Source: Pelomyxa schiedti (lineage: Eukaryota > Protista > Evosea). From it: DNA of 43,288 nt. This document shows positions 1 through 13,733 of the stretch, in pieces (the stretch's first letter is position 1; each line of letters starts with the position of its first letter). The position numbers were made by a program, and so were the translations under genes. Under the pieces are notes generated by a model. That model saw only the letters and a list, made by a program, of their open reading frames with translations. It ran no database searches and was not told the origin of the DNA. The stretch covers positions 1-43,288 of the forward strand of contig JAHLWZ010000932.1 of assembly GCA_020536535.1 (NCBI GenBank), given 5' to 3'.

Positions 1-80
1 TGTGTGTGGATGCTTTTGTTTTGTTTCGTGTTTTGGTTTTTGCTTTTGTTTTCCTTCTTAACTGGTTTTCCACCCTACAG

Positions 81-2996
81 TTGATTGGAGAAAAAATAGG
101 CGATGGTGCTACTGCGGTGGTGTTTAAGGTACTACCTTACTCATGAGTTACCTTTTCCTTAAAAAAAAACCAAGGCACTCTCAGAAACTGGCCAATTTGT
201 GGCAATCAAGCGATTCTATACTCAAGGGCTCTCTGGCACAGAGTTGCAATCCATCATGGTTTCCTTATTATTTACTTTCTTTATATAACCTTTGTTAGAA
301 AGAAGCTAGTATCATGACAAAACTCAACCACGATAATATCATTAAAATTATTGGCTATCATGACGCTCCACCCTATTTTTATCTTTTCCTGGAGTACTTC
401 ATTTGCCAATTTTATTTGTTTTTCATTTATGACTAGGTATGCGGAAGGTGGATCCCTTATGCAACTTCTCAGGGAGTTCCAAGCACTCCCTGAGTTCATT
501 GTAGCTATGTACATGGAGCAGGTGAAAATCTATCACGCTTCTCCCCTCTCACCAGGTACAGGTTTTGGATGCTCTCAGACATCTTCACGCCGAAGAAGTT
601 TTGCATAGGTTAGTGTGCTACCGAGCAAAGATGTCATTAATTCCACCTACCAAACAGGGATATAAAGGCCTGCAACCTGATGCTCACAAATGTTTTGCCT
701 CTGGAAAATATTCAAATCTTACTTCTTGCAGAAAGGTCAGGTGAAGCTTATTGATTTCGGAATTAGTGTGTCTCTCGAAGGGAAGGAAAAAACATATACA
801 ACGGTCGGATCACCATATTGGAGTTAACTTCTCCTGTTTAATATTTGCTCTTACATTTCGTTATAGTGGCACCTGAAGTTATATGTGCAGAAAATGAAGG
901 CTACGGCTTTCCCTCAGATATATGGTACACTCCTTTTCACGGGGTTTCTCTTTACTCTCAAAAGGAGTGTAGCGTGTACAATTGTCGAGCTTCTGACAGG
1001 AAAACCACCGTTTTTTGAGTACTCCACCAAAAAACTACAAAGGATTAATTGATCTAGGCATAACTCCATTACCGCTGCATTTAAAATCATACAGACAGCC
1101 CAAATGCCAATACCTAACTTTGTTTCCCCTGTATCTCAAAATGATATCTTCCTTCAAATAATCAGGCCACAGGATTTGGCATCTCTTTTGAATCTATGTT
1201 TCCAAAAAAATCCTGAGATGAGGCCAACTGCAGCTGCCCTATTATCTCATCCTTGGTTCACATGTTACAAAAAGTCCTCTGTAAGTATTTCCCAGTCGTT
1301 GGGCTTTAAACCTGAATTCCACAAAAAGCCTTCGGGAGATGATCCCTCTTTTCTACGCCGAGCATTACAAAGCTCAGGGCCAAGACCAACCATCCGACGA
1401 CTTTCAGTTCACGTTGGGCCACAAACTGTGCCTCTGCGTGATCCTCAAAGTATTTGAACCATTTCCACTCCAAAAATGCTCACTTTTCTTTTTTAGCTGT
1501 TGTTCAACAGATGAACACTGCTTCTACTCCACCTTCTAAATCTGGAACAGTTCGTGGTGCCGTTCCCAGACCCCGTCCTGTAGTCCTCAACTTTTTAAAA
1601 TCCGTTTTCTAACTCGTGAAGGCATTGTCCATGGACTCTCCGCCTGTGAAAGCACCAAGCACCCCCACAACAGTTCCTTCAACACCCCCTAATTCTCAAG
1701 AGGATGAATCCCAGCGGGAAAAAACGCGACTGCGGAATCTTCTCTTGGAAATGGGCTCCCCTGATGTTCCAATCCAGCAATCACTCAAGGTAATTGGGCG
1801 TGCTTTCTCGTCTCTTTTTATTGTACCCCAGGCACTTTCCATGGACACACTTACTTGTCACGCACTTGATACGCCTCCAACTCTAAGAGTTTGGTCCATG
1901 ACTGCTGTAGGCTCTTTTGTGTGGGTGAGTGAAATGAACTATATTGGGTTAATAAACCAAAATCAATCACAAAAATAAAAAGATTGGAGGAAACGACGGT
2001 TCGGTCTTCCTTTGGCGGGGCAGTCGATGCGAATTTTTCCTTCGAGTACACAAGACCCGAGTTCTGGCATTGCTTCCATTAAAGAGGGCACTGTGGGTAT
2101 CCTCGGAGGAAGGTGAAATTTCGATTATCGATTTTAAGGTTCTTTTCCTGAAGGCCTTCGTACTACAAGGACTTACTTAAAATAGACACTGAAAACAAGT
2201 AGAATCGCAGCACATGATGATAACCACAGAGTTATCAAGTTCCTTTTACCGATAAAAAAGAATAGCAAAACCAAGCGAATATGGAGCTGTGCACCCGCCT
2301 CCGTCTCTACTCAGATATCCATAATTAACAAGGTAGAACCTTTTCTCTGCACTCTTCTAATGCTTCAACAGCATGGTGTCCCGAAAGGGTCCACCATCAT
2401 AAAGAACATGGTGCTTTCAATGGATCAGATCGGCACCAGTGTTTGGCTAGGCTGCTTTAGCCACCTTGAAAAACTTAATTACAAGACGGCAGATTGTGAG
2501 GTGCCTGATATTGCACTGGGGGACCCCAATTCAAGGGGTGTGAACGGCAGCCTAGCGGTTGGCGACCATCTTCTGCTAGCCACCGGAAACACTGTCAACG
2601 TTTTTGCGACGACAGAGGGGGGGCCGGTGTGCTACACTCTCACCCCACACTGTAACTAATGCCTACTACAGAAACAAATGGTAAATATAATTGCACACCT
2701 CCCACACAAATCACCTGTTACCGGCATGTGCCTAGCACAGAGCCACGTGATAACAGGTGACCGAGACGGAAAGCTTTACTGCTGGGACCCACTCAAGGAT
2801 TACGCTTTGATTCCCACCAACACAAGGTATGTACCACACCCACACCCACACATACCCACACCAAAATAGATTACCCGTCAATGGCACATTCCCAAAAATT
2901 ATCGTTTTCACACAAGGCCCACAAGGTACTACCCTGTGGGTATCTGACTCCCAAAACTGTGTACATGTATTCGTCAGCACACTACAAAATTCATAA
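81..2996 (+). CDS. STE-group (Cdc7/Cdc15/MAP3K-epsilon-like) Ser/Thr kinase with C-terminal WD40-like beta-propeller; multi-exon, 5' end lies upstream of the window
   Basis: The spliced translation gives IGDGATAVVFK, VAIK, LEYAEGGSL, HRDIKACN, KLIDFG, VGSPYWMAPE, SDIWS, ELLTGKPPF and CFQKNPEMRPTAAALLSHPWF. The C-terminal exons carry WD-like blades (VWIGGNDGSVFLW, HKSPVTGM...ITGDRDGKLYCWD). Stop TAA at 2994-2996. Confidence 0.9.
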
Positions 2997-3200
2997 CATC
3001 ACACCAGCTCTCCAGCTCTTTCTTCCTTTTTTTTCGTTTTGTTTGTCTTTTTTTGGAACTGTTTTTATTTTAGCAGAAAGCCAAAATCAAGAGATTTCCT
3101 TATTTTTTTTCGTGCCTTTCGGTGGAGGCAGGGAAGTGGTGCCGATCGGCTGCAGGAACAACAAACGCCAACAAGTGAGTTCGACGTGACACCTCGCCAC

Positions 3201-6200
3201 AATGAGCGATAGCGAAAATTGGTACCATCGGCGATTTTTTTCTACTTTCCCCGCCCTTCTCCCTTTTTTTTTCCCTTTGTCCTTGCGAGAATTACGCGTG
3301 TAATGTCGTTTCAGGGATGACGATTTCAATTTCGATGGGCCATTGGCAAAAACCACAGGCACCAAACCACCAACGACTTCAACCCCAGCACTACCACTAC
3401 CACCACCACAACCACAACAACAGCAACAACAAACAACAAACACGTGTACAACAGCGACAGGATCAGGCACCAGCGAACCCATAATGGAGGACAACCCTCC
3501 AAAAAGCAGTAACTCAACAACTATTTCGCAAAATACTAGTAATACTACTACCACATCCACTATGGCCGAACACCAACAAGAACCACACACCCCAGCTAAA
3601 TCTATTGACTTACTCAGAACCCCCATTACAGAATCGCCCATCACCCCGTCCACAACACCCTCGCATCACCATAGGTCGGTCCACCGCCATCGCCACGGTG
3701 ACAAGAGCACCTCGTCCACACATCACCGGCACCACCCAACCACACCCGCGCCTAGCAGCTCATCAAAACATAATCGCAAGACTCCGGGGACATCGGCCCC
3801 TTCTACACCTCTCTCACACACTCAACAGCCTTCACCTTCAATGAGCATGTCTTCTTTGCGAAGAAGACCGTCAATATCTGCCGCATCTTCTTTCACTTTG
3901 ATTGCAGCACACAATGCACATCAAATAGAGTCGCTGGAGCGTGATGCGGAAATGGGGCAGGAGGCCACAAGTACTGCTCCACCTCTCACCATAAAAATGA
4001 ATACACCAATGGAAGAGGCTGACTTTGGAGATTTCGAAGAAGACCTGGTGTTACCTGAAAACCTCGCTTCATCTTCATCCTGGGGCCACCATGCAAGAAG
4101 GTGCAGTGTTATAGCACTTCAGCCCCCTACAATCGCACAGACACTAACTGATGAAATCGAAGCAGCCAATGAAATCGCAAATTCTACCAGCACACATACC
4201 GCGTCTCATCTTTTACGTACAGAGAATACCACCCATAATGCTATTCATTCTACCAGCACCACTAACTCCAGTGCAAGCAAAGGAGCACCTCTTCCAAAGT
4301 TGGACCCCTCTCAAAAAGTACCGCCCACAAGACACACATCACCATCACCGACTCCTGTAGCCAAATTACCTGCATCTCTCTTTGTAACACCTTCACACGC
4401 CAGTGCACTTCGTATAGCCTCACAACCCGCACGCCCAAATATGGCTCAAACACCTGAGTCTCCTTCAACAAAAAGCATTCCCGATGATGATGAGCTATCG
4501 GGACTTTCTTTTGGTGATGATGACATTGGCAGTGGGCCAAAAATGATACGTGGAATTGCCGCCGACCCAACCAACATTGAGTGCGATTGGGAAAACGATT
4601 TCGATTTAGGCAATTTTGGTGGTGGAACTGCATCCTCTGGTATGCCTAGGTTTTGTGCATCTTAGATTCTGAGACAATAAAGGTGGGGCACCTAAACCAC
4701 TTGTACTTGCAAAGCAACACAAAGACCTTGCGGTTCCCACTGTAACACTGGACACAGAGCACCATTACCAGGAACTCAAACATTTGTTCTCCGCGATTTC
4801 ATGTTTTACCTACACAATCCTTTTCGTGTGATTCTAAATAAATACCAGCACTTGACATGGACATTGGGATCTGGAACAAAGTGCCTTTGCTTGATCCGAT
4901 GTTCGAAAGTATATTTCTTATCATAATCTTCTTGCCTGATTCCTATTTACAGCTGATGTGGAATTTTTCGATGAAGCACTTTCTGCCAAAGTAAAAGCAG
5001 CTCTTCTTCTGTTCTTTTTGTTTATGGACATAAGGCAAAAGAGATTTCGGAAGCTTTCAAGGCAGGCATTGAGAACTTGGACCAAGGTTCCCCTGCGGAT
5101 GCCATGTCATTTCTGAAGAAGTCGTTACAATTGTACCAAGAAATCACCTCAAGCTTTGGTGGTACGTTAGACTAACCAAAAGAAAATATTTATTTGCTAA
5201 TTGTTGAAGATCCTGATTTTGAGGCACAGCTCTTGATCTTCATGTCGCAGACAGCAAAATGCATGTCCGATATCTTCTTGCAGCAGGATTTGCTCACGAA
5301 AGCATCCAAGTTGCTCCCTGAAACACCAGCAAATCCGCGAGTATTTAATAAATTGTCCCATATGTACCCTAACACCATTTACTATAGCAAGTTCAGCTGC
5401 ACACCACAATCTGCTACGAAGTTGCCTTGATTGAAGCCTCAAGACATGCCCCGACAGCACTCCCACACATTATCACATACCTTCATTGGGTGTTATATTG
5501 CAAGCCATCCAAACCAACAAAAACAGCAAAAGCAGTAGATAACCTGAAGTGGCATGACTTAGCTCGAGCCTGTGCTACTGCTGGAAATACCCTACTAATA
5601 ATCAGTGGAAAAGCCGCGTCTGAGGGAGGTTTGAACAGCAAACAAGCTAGGCACCTAGCCAAAAAATATCTAAAGAAAGCAGGCAAAATTGCCTCTGTGG
5701 TCTGTTAATTACCATTAAAACCATAATTAAAATTCCCAACAGATTGGTGACACTGAACTAATCTCAATAGCTGAGAAACGAGATTTGGGTTCTACAACTA
5801 CAGTGGTCACAAGCAAACACTCTTCTGACAGTGTGAGTGAACTGTCGAGCAATAAGGATGACGAGACTGATTTGGACTGGGATACAGAAATGGGTATAAC
5901 AGATTCCAGAGTGAACCTAGCACAGACATTGGTTCCTTCTTTTTTTTTCCACAACCCTGAGTACTCACGAACTCCAGAGAGGATCTGTCACTGTTACTGC
6001 TCCTGATTACACCATACCTACCAGATGCAAACTCCTCGAAAATACTATTAACCAGAAATATGAAGAGATCAGGTAAATGACATATTATACTTAAGACAAA
6101 CTTAATTACGCCTAGGTACCCAGCACCACTGTGGCTTTACTCTCTCAAGACCGCCAAAGGTCATGAATTTTTCCATGAGGAGGTATGCTAAGTTTGTTGA

Positions 6201-9200
6201 ATAAATGATGGTTTAACAGTGCCCCAGGAGGTCGGCCAATGGCTAGGAACGCTAGTCAGTAAACATCTAAAAGTCAATATCGTCCCCGTCTTGCCAAAGG
6301 ATCAAATAGGACATGGAAAGCCAATTGCCAAAAATTATGATTTATTTGTTGCAAGCTTGGCCGGGCAAGAGGAAAAGGTTGCAGTTTTCTTGTATTTTAA
6401 ATTTTGTCCAATGTCATCCCAGTATTCTGCCAAGTGGACACAGCGTATATTGAGCTGGCTGTTCTTGTTGAAAGCTCAGCGGCACCTGGAAGAGATGTGG
6501 GAGGCTTCTCTAGCTTTCTTCAAGGACATTAAACAAGCAAAATCCTCTACCAATACCGCTCCAGTTGCAGCAGATACAAGTGTTGATACCAGCTCTGACG
6601 GTGAGGGTTCAACTGAGAGCTCTGATTCAGACGATAGAATAAAAGGTTTTCACTCTTTCCTTGTATTTTTCTCAAGACCCTAGATGAACAACCCAGTCCC
6701 TCGTTTTTCCTGGCTATTGAAGTACTTTATCTCAACGCCGCACTATGGAAAGTTGAAAGGCAACCACAATGGATGATCATGTTAGACGCCGCTCGATCTC
6801 TTCTGCCTCTGGCATCTTTATTTGTTGACATCATTGAGGTTACCTATCTTCAACTCTTTTCCTTTATTCTTAGAGTGAACATTCAGCAAGAAGCCTATGC
6901 TCATTTTATAATGAAGAATGGATTTGAAGTACAATACTGGGAAAAAGCCGGTTTTACACCTGCCCCAATTTCCAGCATATGTTCAATCTACAAGCAATTG
7001 TCTCCAAGAGCTGTACAAAAGAAGGTTAGAAAAACTCCAAGGAAATATTATTGTAACTACTCTTTAGAACCCCTTTTCACCATTAATTCTCGGGATGTGT
7101 GTGGCGGATATCGTCCTTTGCTCAAGCTTCCGCTCTCCACTCACAGCCAAGTTCATGGATAACAAAAACCAACAGCGACCACAGTGCTTACCTCCATTTG
7201 AATTTGGTGCTGATGGTGAACTTGAGGTGGACATTTGCTGTGGTTGCGTGGATTTATCCCAGCACCAAAAGAGAATCCAGCTACTAGAGGACTTTTACAA
7301 ACAATTATCCCTATCCTGGCACAAAGCGAAATTGTGTTTCACTTTGGCCTTAGAGAGTGACTCTATTGCAGAACGACTCTTATTTGAGACTTTATTTATT
7401 CTTGATACTGCTCCTCAACCTGTAATAGGTAGTTTAAGGGAAAGTTATTTAGTATTATTAAATAATGCTAGGGAATGCATTGATTATGTCCTCTTTCTCT
7501 TTATTGGTGCTAGAGCGCTTTGGAGATGTACTGATTCATAACTACAAGTACCAGGTATAATTGCCTGGAAACTCTTGTTTTATCTTAAACATGGTCACAG
7601 TACGGTATATTGTGCCATGAATCTGCTATTGTTATCACACGGTTACTCCACAAGAGTAGCTATGTCCATGTGAACACACATATGGCTGAAGTCGCGCAAA
7701 AACAAGATGATCCTGATAGAACAATCGGGGCTTATTCAAATATACTTGCCACTTATGACAATAAAAAGCCAAATGAAGTATGTTCACTGAAATAAAATGA
7801 AAACTTTAATGGCTTGCTAGGAAGTTTACGTTAGAAATATTCTTGCTGGGTTGTACCTTGAGTGTGGTAACTTTCCCCAAGCTGAGGAGTTTCTAGTCAG
7901 TGCCCTGGCGATAATTTCCAAGAAAAGGTATTCATGAAAACCACATTTTCCTAGATGACTTCTTACTAGTAAAAACATTATTGATCCCATGTTCTGGAAA
8001 CTAAAACAGAAGGTATAAATTTTGTTTATTCCTGAACTCTAAGAATACCGAAGTTGGCGCAAGTCTATCTGGAAAGTTACCATTTTGAGCGAGGAATTGA
8101 ATTACTTGAGGTTTACCCTTTGACTTAGTTATCTCTTTTAACTGTGCAAACAAAGAGATTGCAAGCTATGTCTATTCCAAAAGACGAGCGAACCTCAGTT
8201 GCCATGATGTTGGCGGAGGTTTTTTCCTGTTTTGTTTTGATTTTAATGCTTGCCGATATGTAATCAATTGGCTTAGGCATATGCCAAGAAAGGATGGGTA
8301 CAAGAACTCAACAATGCACTTACCTATATCGCCACCAGTGATGCTTCTCTAACAAGTGTTAACTCTTTTTTTTTACCCCCCAACTTATACAACACAGAAG
8401 CAACTGTAGGAGCTCAGCGCACCAAGCAAGTCCATACAATGAGCCTATGTGCAAGATGCTACCTTGCATCAGGACAGTACCAAGCAGCTCTATTTTGTAT
8501 CAATGCTTCGATTTCAACCTGGTAAGATGGTGTTCCCATCTCTATTTAACCAACTTCATCAGTCAGGAGACCCAACTTAGCCTTCTTGGCAAACTGTTCT
8601 ACCTGCGTGGGAAGATACTCAAAACAGCTTGTTTTGCTCACCAAACATTCCCGACACCGGTTGTTACAATTCCTCCGGAGTTTGCGAAGGTGTTTCCCGC
8701 GGGTCCCCCGCCCAGTCCTGAAATGACCTTCTCTTCTCCAGGGGATATCTTGCAAGCTTGCATTGAGAGGTACACGCCCAGCATGGAATGTTATCTAAAA
8801 TTTTCTTCAGTTTCAAAAAGGCCGAACAATTTTTCAGAGCAGTCGTTGATGACATCCGACGTGCAAAAACAATGGTATTCTTTTTTTCCCAAAGTGTTAT
8901 CAAACTCAACACACTAGAATAAAATGGCTGAATCGATGCTCGAATACTGCTTTCCCCCCGTTGCTTTGCTCCATATACCCCTTGATAGTGTTTGTCACAT
9001 GCCTTTGCTGAATGTATGACCTATGCTTTGTCCTCTCTAATTCCTCCAAGAGGAGAACAAGTACTGACGATTCCAGCCGAGAAGAATTCGTGATCAACAT
9101 AACAAAAGACATAGAAAGTCCAGCAACATCTGCACTTGATATATGTGCTGATACCTTTCATGTGTTGCTCATAATGTCATGGTATGAAGGCCGACAAAAC

Positions 9201-12200
9201 TCCACCTAATGTCTTTCAGCTACATGTCCCTGGTGGAATTGCGATACCTGCAGTCTGAAAAAGATGCTGCAATACTGTTCTGGAAAGAATGCAGAGACCT
9301 GTAATTTATCTTTATGATTCCAACAAACTCACTCATGTAGATTTTTCTGCTTGTTTTTTGATGGGCCACTTTGCATGGTTAAGGGTGGACCCCCCCATTT
9401 CCTTGGGAAATTATTTACACTACTAAAACGAATGGTCCGATTCCTATTTTGCCAGGAGAAAGATTTCATCAACAAAGTACAGCCAGTCTTTTCCCTTCAG
9501 GAGTCTAATTTTGACAAAAGAATCTAGCTGTTGTTGATGCATATATATTACTTCAAATTGATTTAGAGCAGGCACAAAAAAGAGCTGTCGAGGAGTCGCC
9601 TGACCCAGCACCCAATCCCACTTCAAACAGTGCAACACCACCAAGTTCCGATGAGAGTCGCGTGAACGGCACCAAGCACGCTCCAAGGGCTTCTATTGTT
9701 GGCATGTTTGATGGCTCTGAGCATCCTGAGAAGGCACCCGTGGAGCAGCCCCCCAGTACCCAACCTGAACCTCCAGTATGCAAAGAACCGGTGTCTGCAG
9801 CCTCCATTGTACGCTTTTTCGGTTATACTTTCTCTGAAAATGCATAGAAACCAAATCCAAGTCCCGGGCGTATGGCTAGCTCCTCCTCTTTTTCTGCGGC
9901 CGCTTTACTGGTATATTTGCCTCGTGCCAATATAACAGCAAGACTAATGGCTATAGGATGACACTATGTTCAATATTCATCACGAAGCTGCTGCTGAGCA
10001 GTCGTGGTGTTTAGTTACAAAACTCAAAACAAATTTCCACAAGTACTCTTCTGGAAAGGTGTGAGAAGTCATATTGAAATTTTTCTGACACACCCCAGAT
10101 TGCACAGCAAGAACTTGTTACTCGCAACAGAGATATTCTAAAAACGATTATCAAAGTGGTGAACGCAGCGAGATCTCAGTTCCGCCGTGTCAATCCTCAC
10201 TCAAGGGTTGTTGTTAATACTTGCTCTGCATGTGCCAGTCCGTCTTCGCCAAGTGCAATAGTGGCAACTGGTAGCGCCAGTGGAAGTGCGTCCCCCTTGA
10301 GGGCCTCGTTTTGTGTATCTCCAGGAATGGGGACCAGCATGTCAAGACTACAAACTCAAGACAAGGAAGCTGTAGATCTAGGATACAGGGTGGAGGATCT
10401 TGTGCTGCGACGTCCGCAAGAATTTCAGTCTTTAGCGATTTTATTACAAGTTGATTGATGTGTATCTCTCCTTTGTATTGACCAATTTGTAGCTAGATAG
10501 ATTCATCTTATATTACACGCCACACACCGGCAAAGTTCATATTGACCAACTTGGTGCCTGCGAACACGAGAAATCTAGTTTAGTGGCATCAGGACCTCTA
10601 CACATTAAAGTGTCATTGATGCTTACCAATCAGACGACCCCACAGTTTGCATTATTCACTGTATGTAGAGCTCTATCAAATCTTTTTTCACATTGGTTAG
10701 GTCCTGCCTGAGTCCACAATAAGCAGCTTACTTGAGATGTTGTGCAAACTATTTAATGAAGGGCAGTTCCAAGAAAGAAAGAAAAAAGGGGGTTTTTTTA
10801 CAACCTTGGGCAAAGCTACCATTCACTCTCCAAAGTATGAAAGTTAGGTCGTACGTCTGCTTATCTTTACGCAGATACACTGAATGTTCAGAGCAATTCC
10901 ACTCTGAACTTGCCAAGCTTCTCAATAATCTCTCCTCTGGAGTTACTGCCAAAAAGTAGTGAATTTATTGGCTTCCCATTTTTTAAATGAAAATAGGATA
11001 CTGACTCCCGGTTACTTATCTCTGGCTAAGGCCCTTTCTTCTGCTTCATCAATTTACACAACGAAGAAAATACAACCTATTCTACTTCCTCACACGTCTG
11101 CTATCCACAAGCTCTTCTCTACTCCAGAGCTCAGGGTTCGACATTGTTTTACCTTGTCCTTATGTAACAAAGTTCCAGTTCAATAGTGATTCTGAACCGC
11201 TTGAATTGTTCCTTTGTGGAAAGGCAACAGCTTTTGAAAATGCAGATACAACGACGGGGCATCTTATAAGCCTATCCCCGTCCCTAATGACCTATCTGCA
11301 AGATCTTGTTCTCTTCAACTCTATACCAAAGGTAAGCCCAACATCTCTGAAAGCTTACTAACACAGTTATAGGCGCAGGAAATTACACCTGAGGATACAA
11401 AACTTGGTCAGGAAGTGGCCACAGAGCTACATTCAGTATGCTTTATGGCTTCCATGTTTCGTAACATCATTCAGGTGTTCCAGTCTGTTGCCGCTAGTTC
11501 TGAACCTCTATCCTCCAGTTGCTCCATTGCTTCCACATCTACTACATTCACGGGCACTCTCACTTTGCTGATGTCTACAACGGGACTTTCCAACCCCCAG
11601 CCAGTTGCCAAGCAAAAAGGTTTCCCATCTTTTTTCAGCAAGAGTGAACCTACTGCATTCAGAAAAGTACCGGAATTCCCTGTGGTATTGCTGTTTTTTC
11701 TTTTCCTTTTTTGCCTGACAGTTCTTCAGGTATTAATATGCAGCAAGAGCCTGCAAATCATTCCCTGGGAATTGTTTGTTGGGAATGTAGTTGTGAGATA
11801 CTTTTCTGTTTATGACTTTGTACTTCGAATTCAAAATTCGGTAAGTAGTTAGCTGGACCGCTTTCCCTGACTTGAGATCAGGAATACCCCGTGCAACAAT
11901 TTGAACCATCCTATTTCTCGATGTTTAATCAACAACCCGACAAGCTTCTTATGCAAACAGAAGACGAAAGACGGGAGTTCCTGTTGAGACAAGTCTTTTT
12001 CCAATTGTTCTTTTCCCCGAAGGTACACAACAAACAAAATTCCAAGTAACTAACTATCTTAGATGGCCCCCTTGAGCCGAGTCCACTCTTCGTGTACACC
12101 TTTTCACAGCCCCTTAGTCGAGAACGGCAAACGCCTTGGTTCTATAAAAAAGCGATACAAGTTCTGCAGCTTCCTTGACGGGGCATCTATAAATACCAAA

Positions 12201-12916
12201 CCGAGAGACCTACTGCAGTTTGTTGACAAGCTGGTTGTTGGATGCAACACCTTCCCTGTTTTGATTATGAGTTGGAGCGACTTGCTTGGTTGCTCCACGT
12301 GCCTCATGCATTTATTGCGGTAAGTGCGAAAAAGACCAGAACGTCCTATCCCCCCACTGAAACATCCCCTTATAGGAGACGACCAATTTGCTCGGTGCTA
12401 TTTGTTCCCTGCACAAAGCAAAGATCAATTATGCTCCGTCTCACAAAAGCACATGACATTTACTTTAAAACAGCACTTTCATCACCCGGGCACCCACTGA
12501 GAGACAGGTTTTCTTTTAAACTGCGCACACAATCCTCCCACCCCCTTCCCTCCCTCAGTCCTTACTCACACCACCACCCCAGGTACCAATTTTTGCTTTC
12601 GCTGATCACACAGGTAACTGCGGAGACCAAAATACCAATTGCGATATTCAACCCCCCGCTCAGCCTCAGCCCAACACCCACAACGTCACTCCCGCCCCTG
12701 TCACCCCCTGGCAGCAAACCCAACAGCCTGCTGGCCACGGTGTCCACAACGGGGTCAAACAGCACAGCACCCACACCACCGCCGCAGATGTCAACACCCA
12801 GCCCATCCCCTGGCCTCGTTTCACCGACGCCATCACCGCGTAATGCTGCATCCGAGGCCCCTGTGCTTGCCACCGAGACAACCCTCACTGTTGACACAAC
12901 CGACCACAGGAACTAA
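3201..12916 (+). CDS. Very large multi-exon protein: disordered S/T/H/P-rich N-terminus, TPR-like helical region, C-terminal degenerate CHAT/separase-like segment
   Basis: ATG at 3201 (MSDSENW|DDDFNF) splices into ORF 3343..4665. Plus-strand exons separated by about 45-nt GT-AG introns continue to the stop at 12916, with no intergenic-like gap at the junctions checked. TPR-like helices include NILAGLYLECGNFPQAEEFLVSALAI and LAQVYLESYHFERGIELLE. The motif VLICSKSLQIIPWELF lies near 11730. A single gene is inferred, but not every junction was verified. Confidence 0.7.
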
Positions 12917-13052
12917 TTATTTGTATTTCACACAAAGCTTTGAACAAATTGTACATCAAAAAAGCGATTTTTTTATTTTTTTTATCAAGAAACAAGAAAA
13001 AAGAAGCTTTTTCTATGCATAAGGGGTTGTGGATGGTTTTGGTGACCATTAT

Positions 13053-13390
13053 CTAGTGCATCTTGTAGGGGTTTTTGTGAATCTTGCCGTGCTTGATCAT
13101 TTTGACCCTCCCCTTCTTGCTCCAGTAATATCCTGGTGGGACCATAATGCCAGGAGGTGGCATGGCGTACGCTATAGCAAAAGTAAGTGAAGAAAAAAAG
13201 CAAAAAGGGAAAATAGGGTAAACGCACTCATTGCCATCGGCATTGCGCCTGGCATCATCATCGGGGCGCCGGGCATCATGCCGGGCATCATACCCGGCAT
13301 CATACCGGGCATTGCGGAGCCCATCATCGGCATACCCATTGGTGGTGGGTAGCCGCCTGGGTAGCCCATTGGAGGTGGGTAGTAGGCCAT
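13053..13390 (-). CDS. Small (about 95 aa) Pro/Met/Gly-rich protein with basic His/Lys C-terminus; 2 exons
   Basis: MAYYPPPMGYPGGYPPPMG(MMPG)n, then one GT-AG intron, then YAMPPPGIMVPPGYYWSKKGRVKMIKHGKIHKNPYKMH*. Confidence 0.75.
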
Positions 13391-13733
13391 CTCTTTTGTT
13401 TGTTGTTGCGGTTGTTTCTTGTTTGTTTTTATTTGTTGTGTTATTTCTCTTTGCTTATAAGCGCCAACAATTATTAATTTGCCTTGATGTTTTCGTGGCC
13501 AACGGCGCTGCTTAGGCGAACAAGGGCAGGAACTGTTGTTTCAAAAAGCAATTGAGTGGTCGTCTACGTCCTAACTCTCACCCAAGCGGATCTGAGTCGG
13601 TGGGGTTATTGTGGTTGTCTTCATAGAGGACATGCCGTGGTGCTTGTTGTTGGCATTTTGATTTTTTTTTTGGTATTTTTTTTTGAAAAGCAAAGAAACT
13701 TTTTTAGAACAAAGTTCCGAAAAGATAAGAGCC

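Noticed and set aside
2827-2869. CA-rich repeat (cacacc)n read as PHPHPH
   Set aside because: It is a simple repeat inside an intron of the kinase gene.
3087-3653. 188-aa minus-strand ORF rich in Val, Cys and Gly
   Set aside because: It is the antisense shadow of the Thr/Gln/Pro-rich plus-strand exon. The same applies to 33988..34686, 35562..35897, 38978..39343, 14191..14525 and 42888..43283 relative to their real genes.
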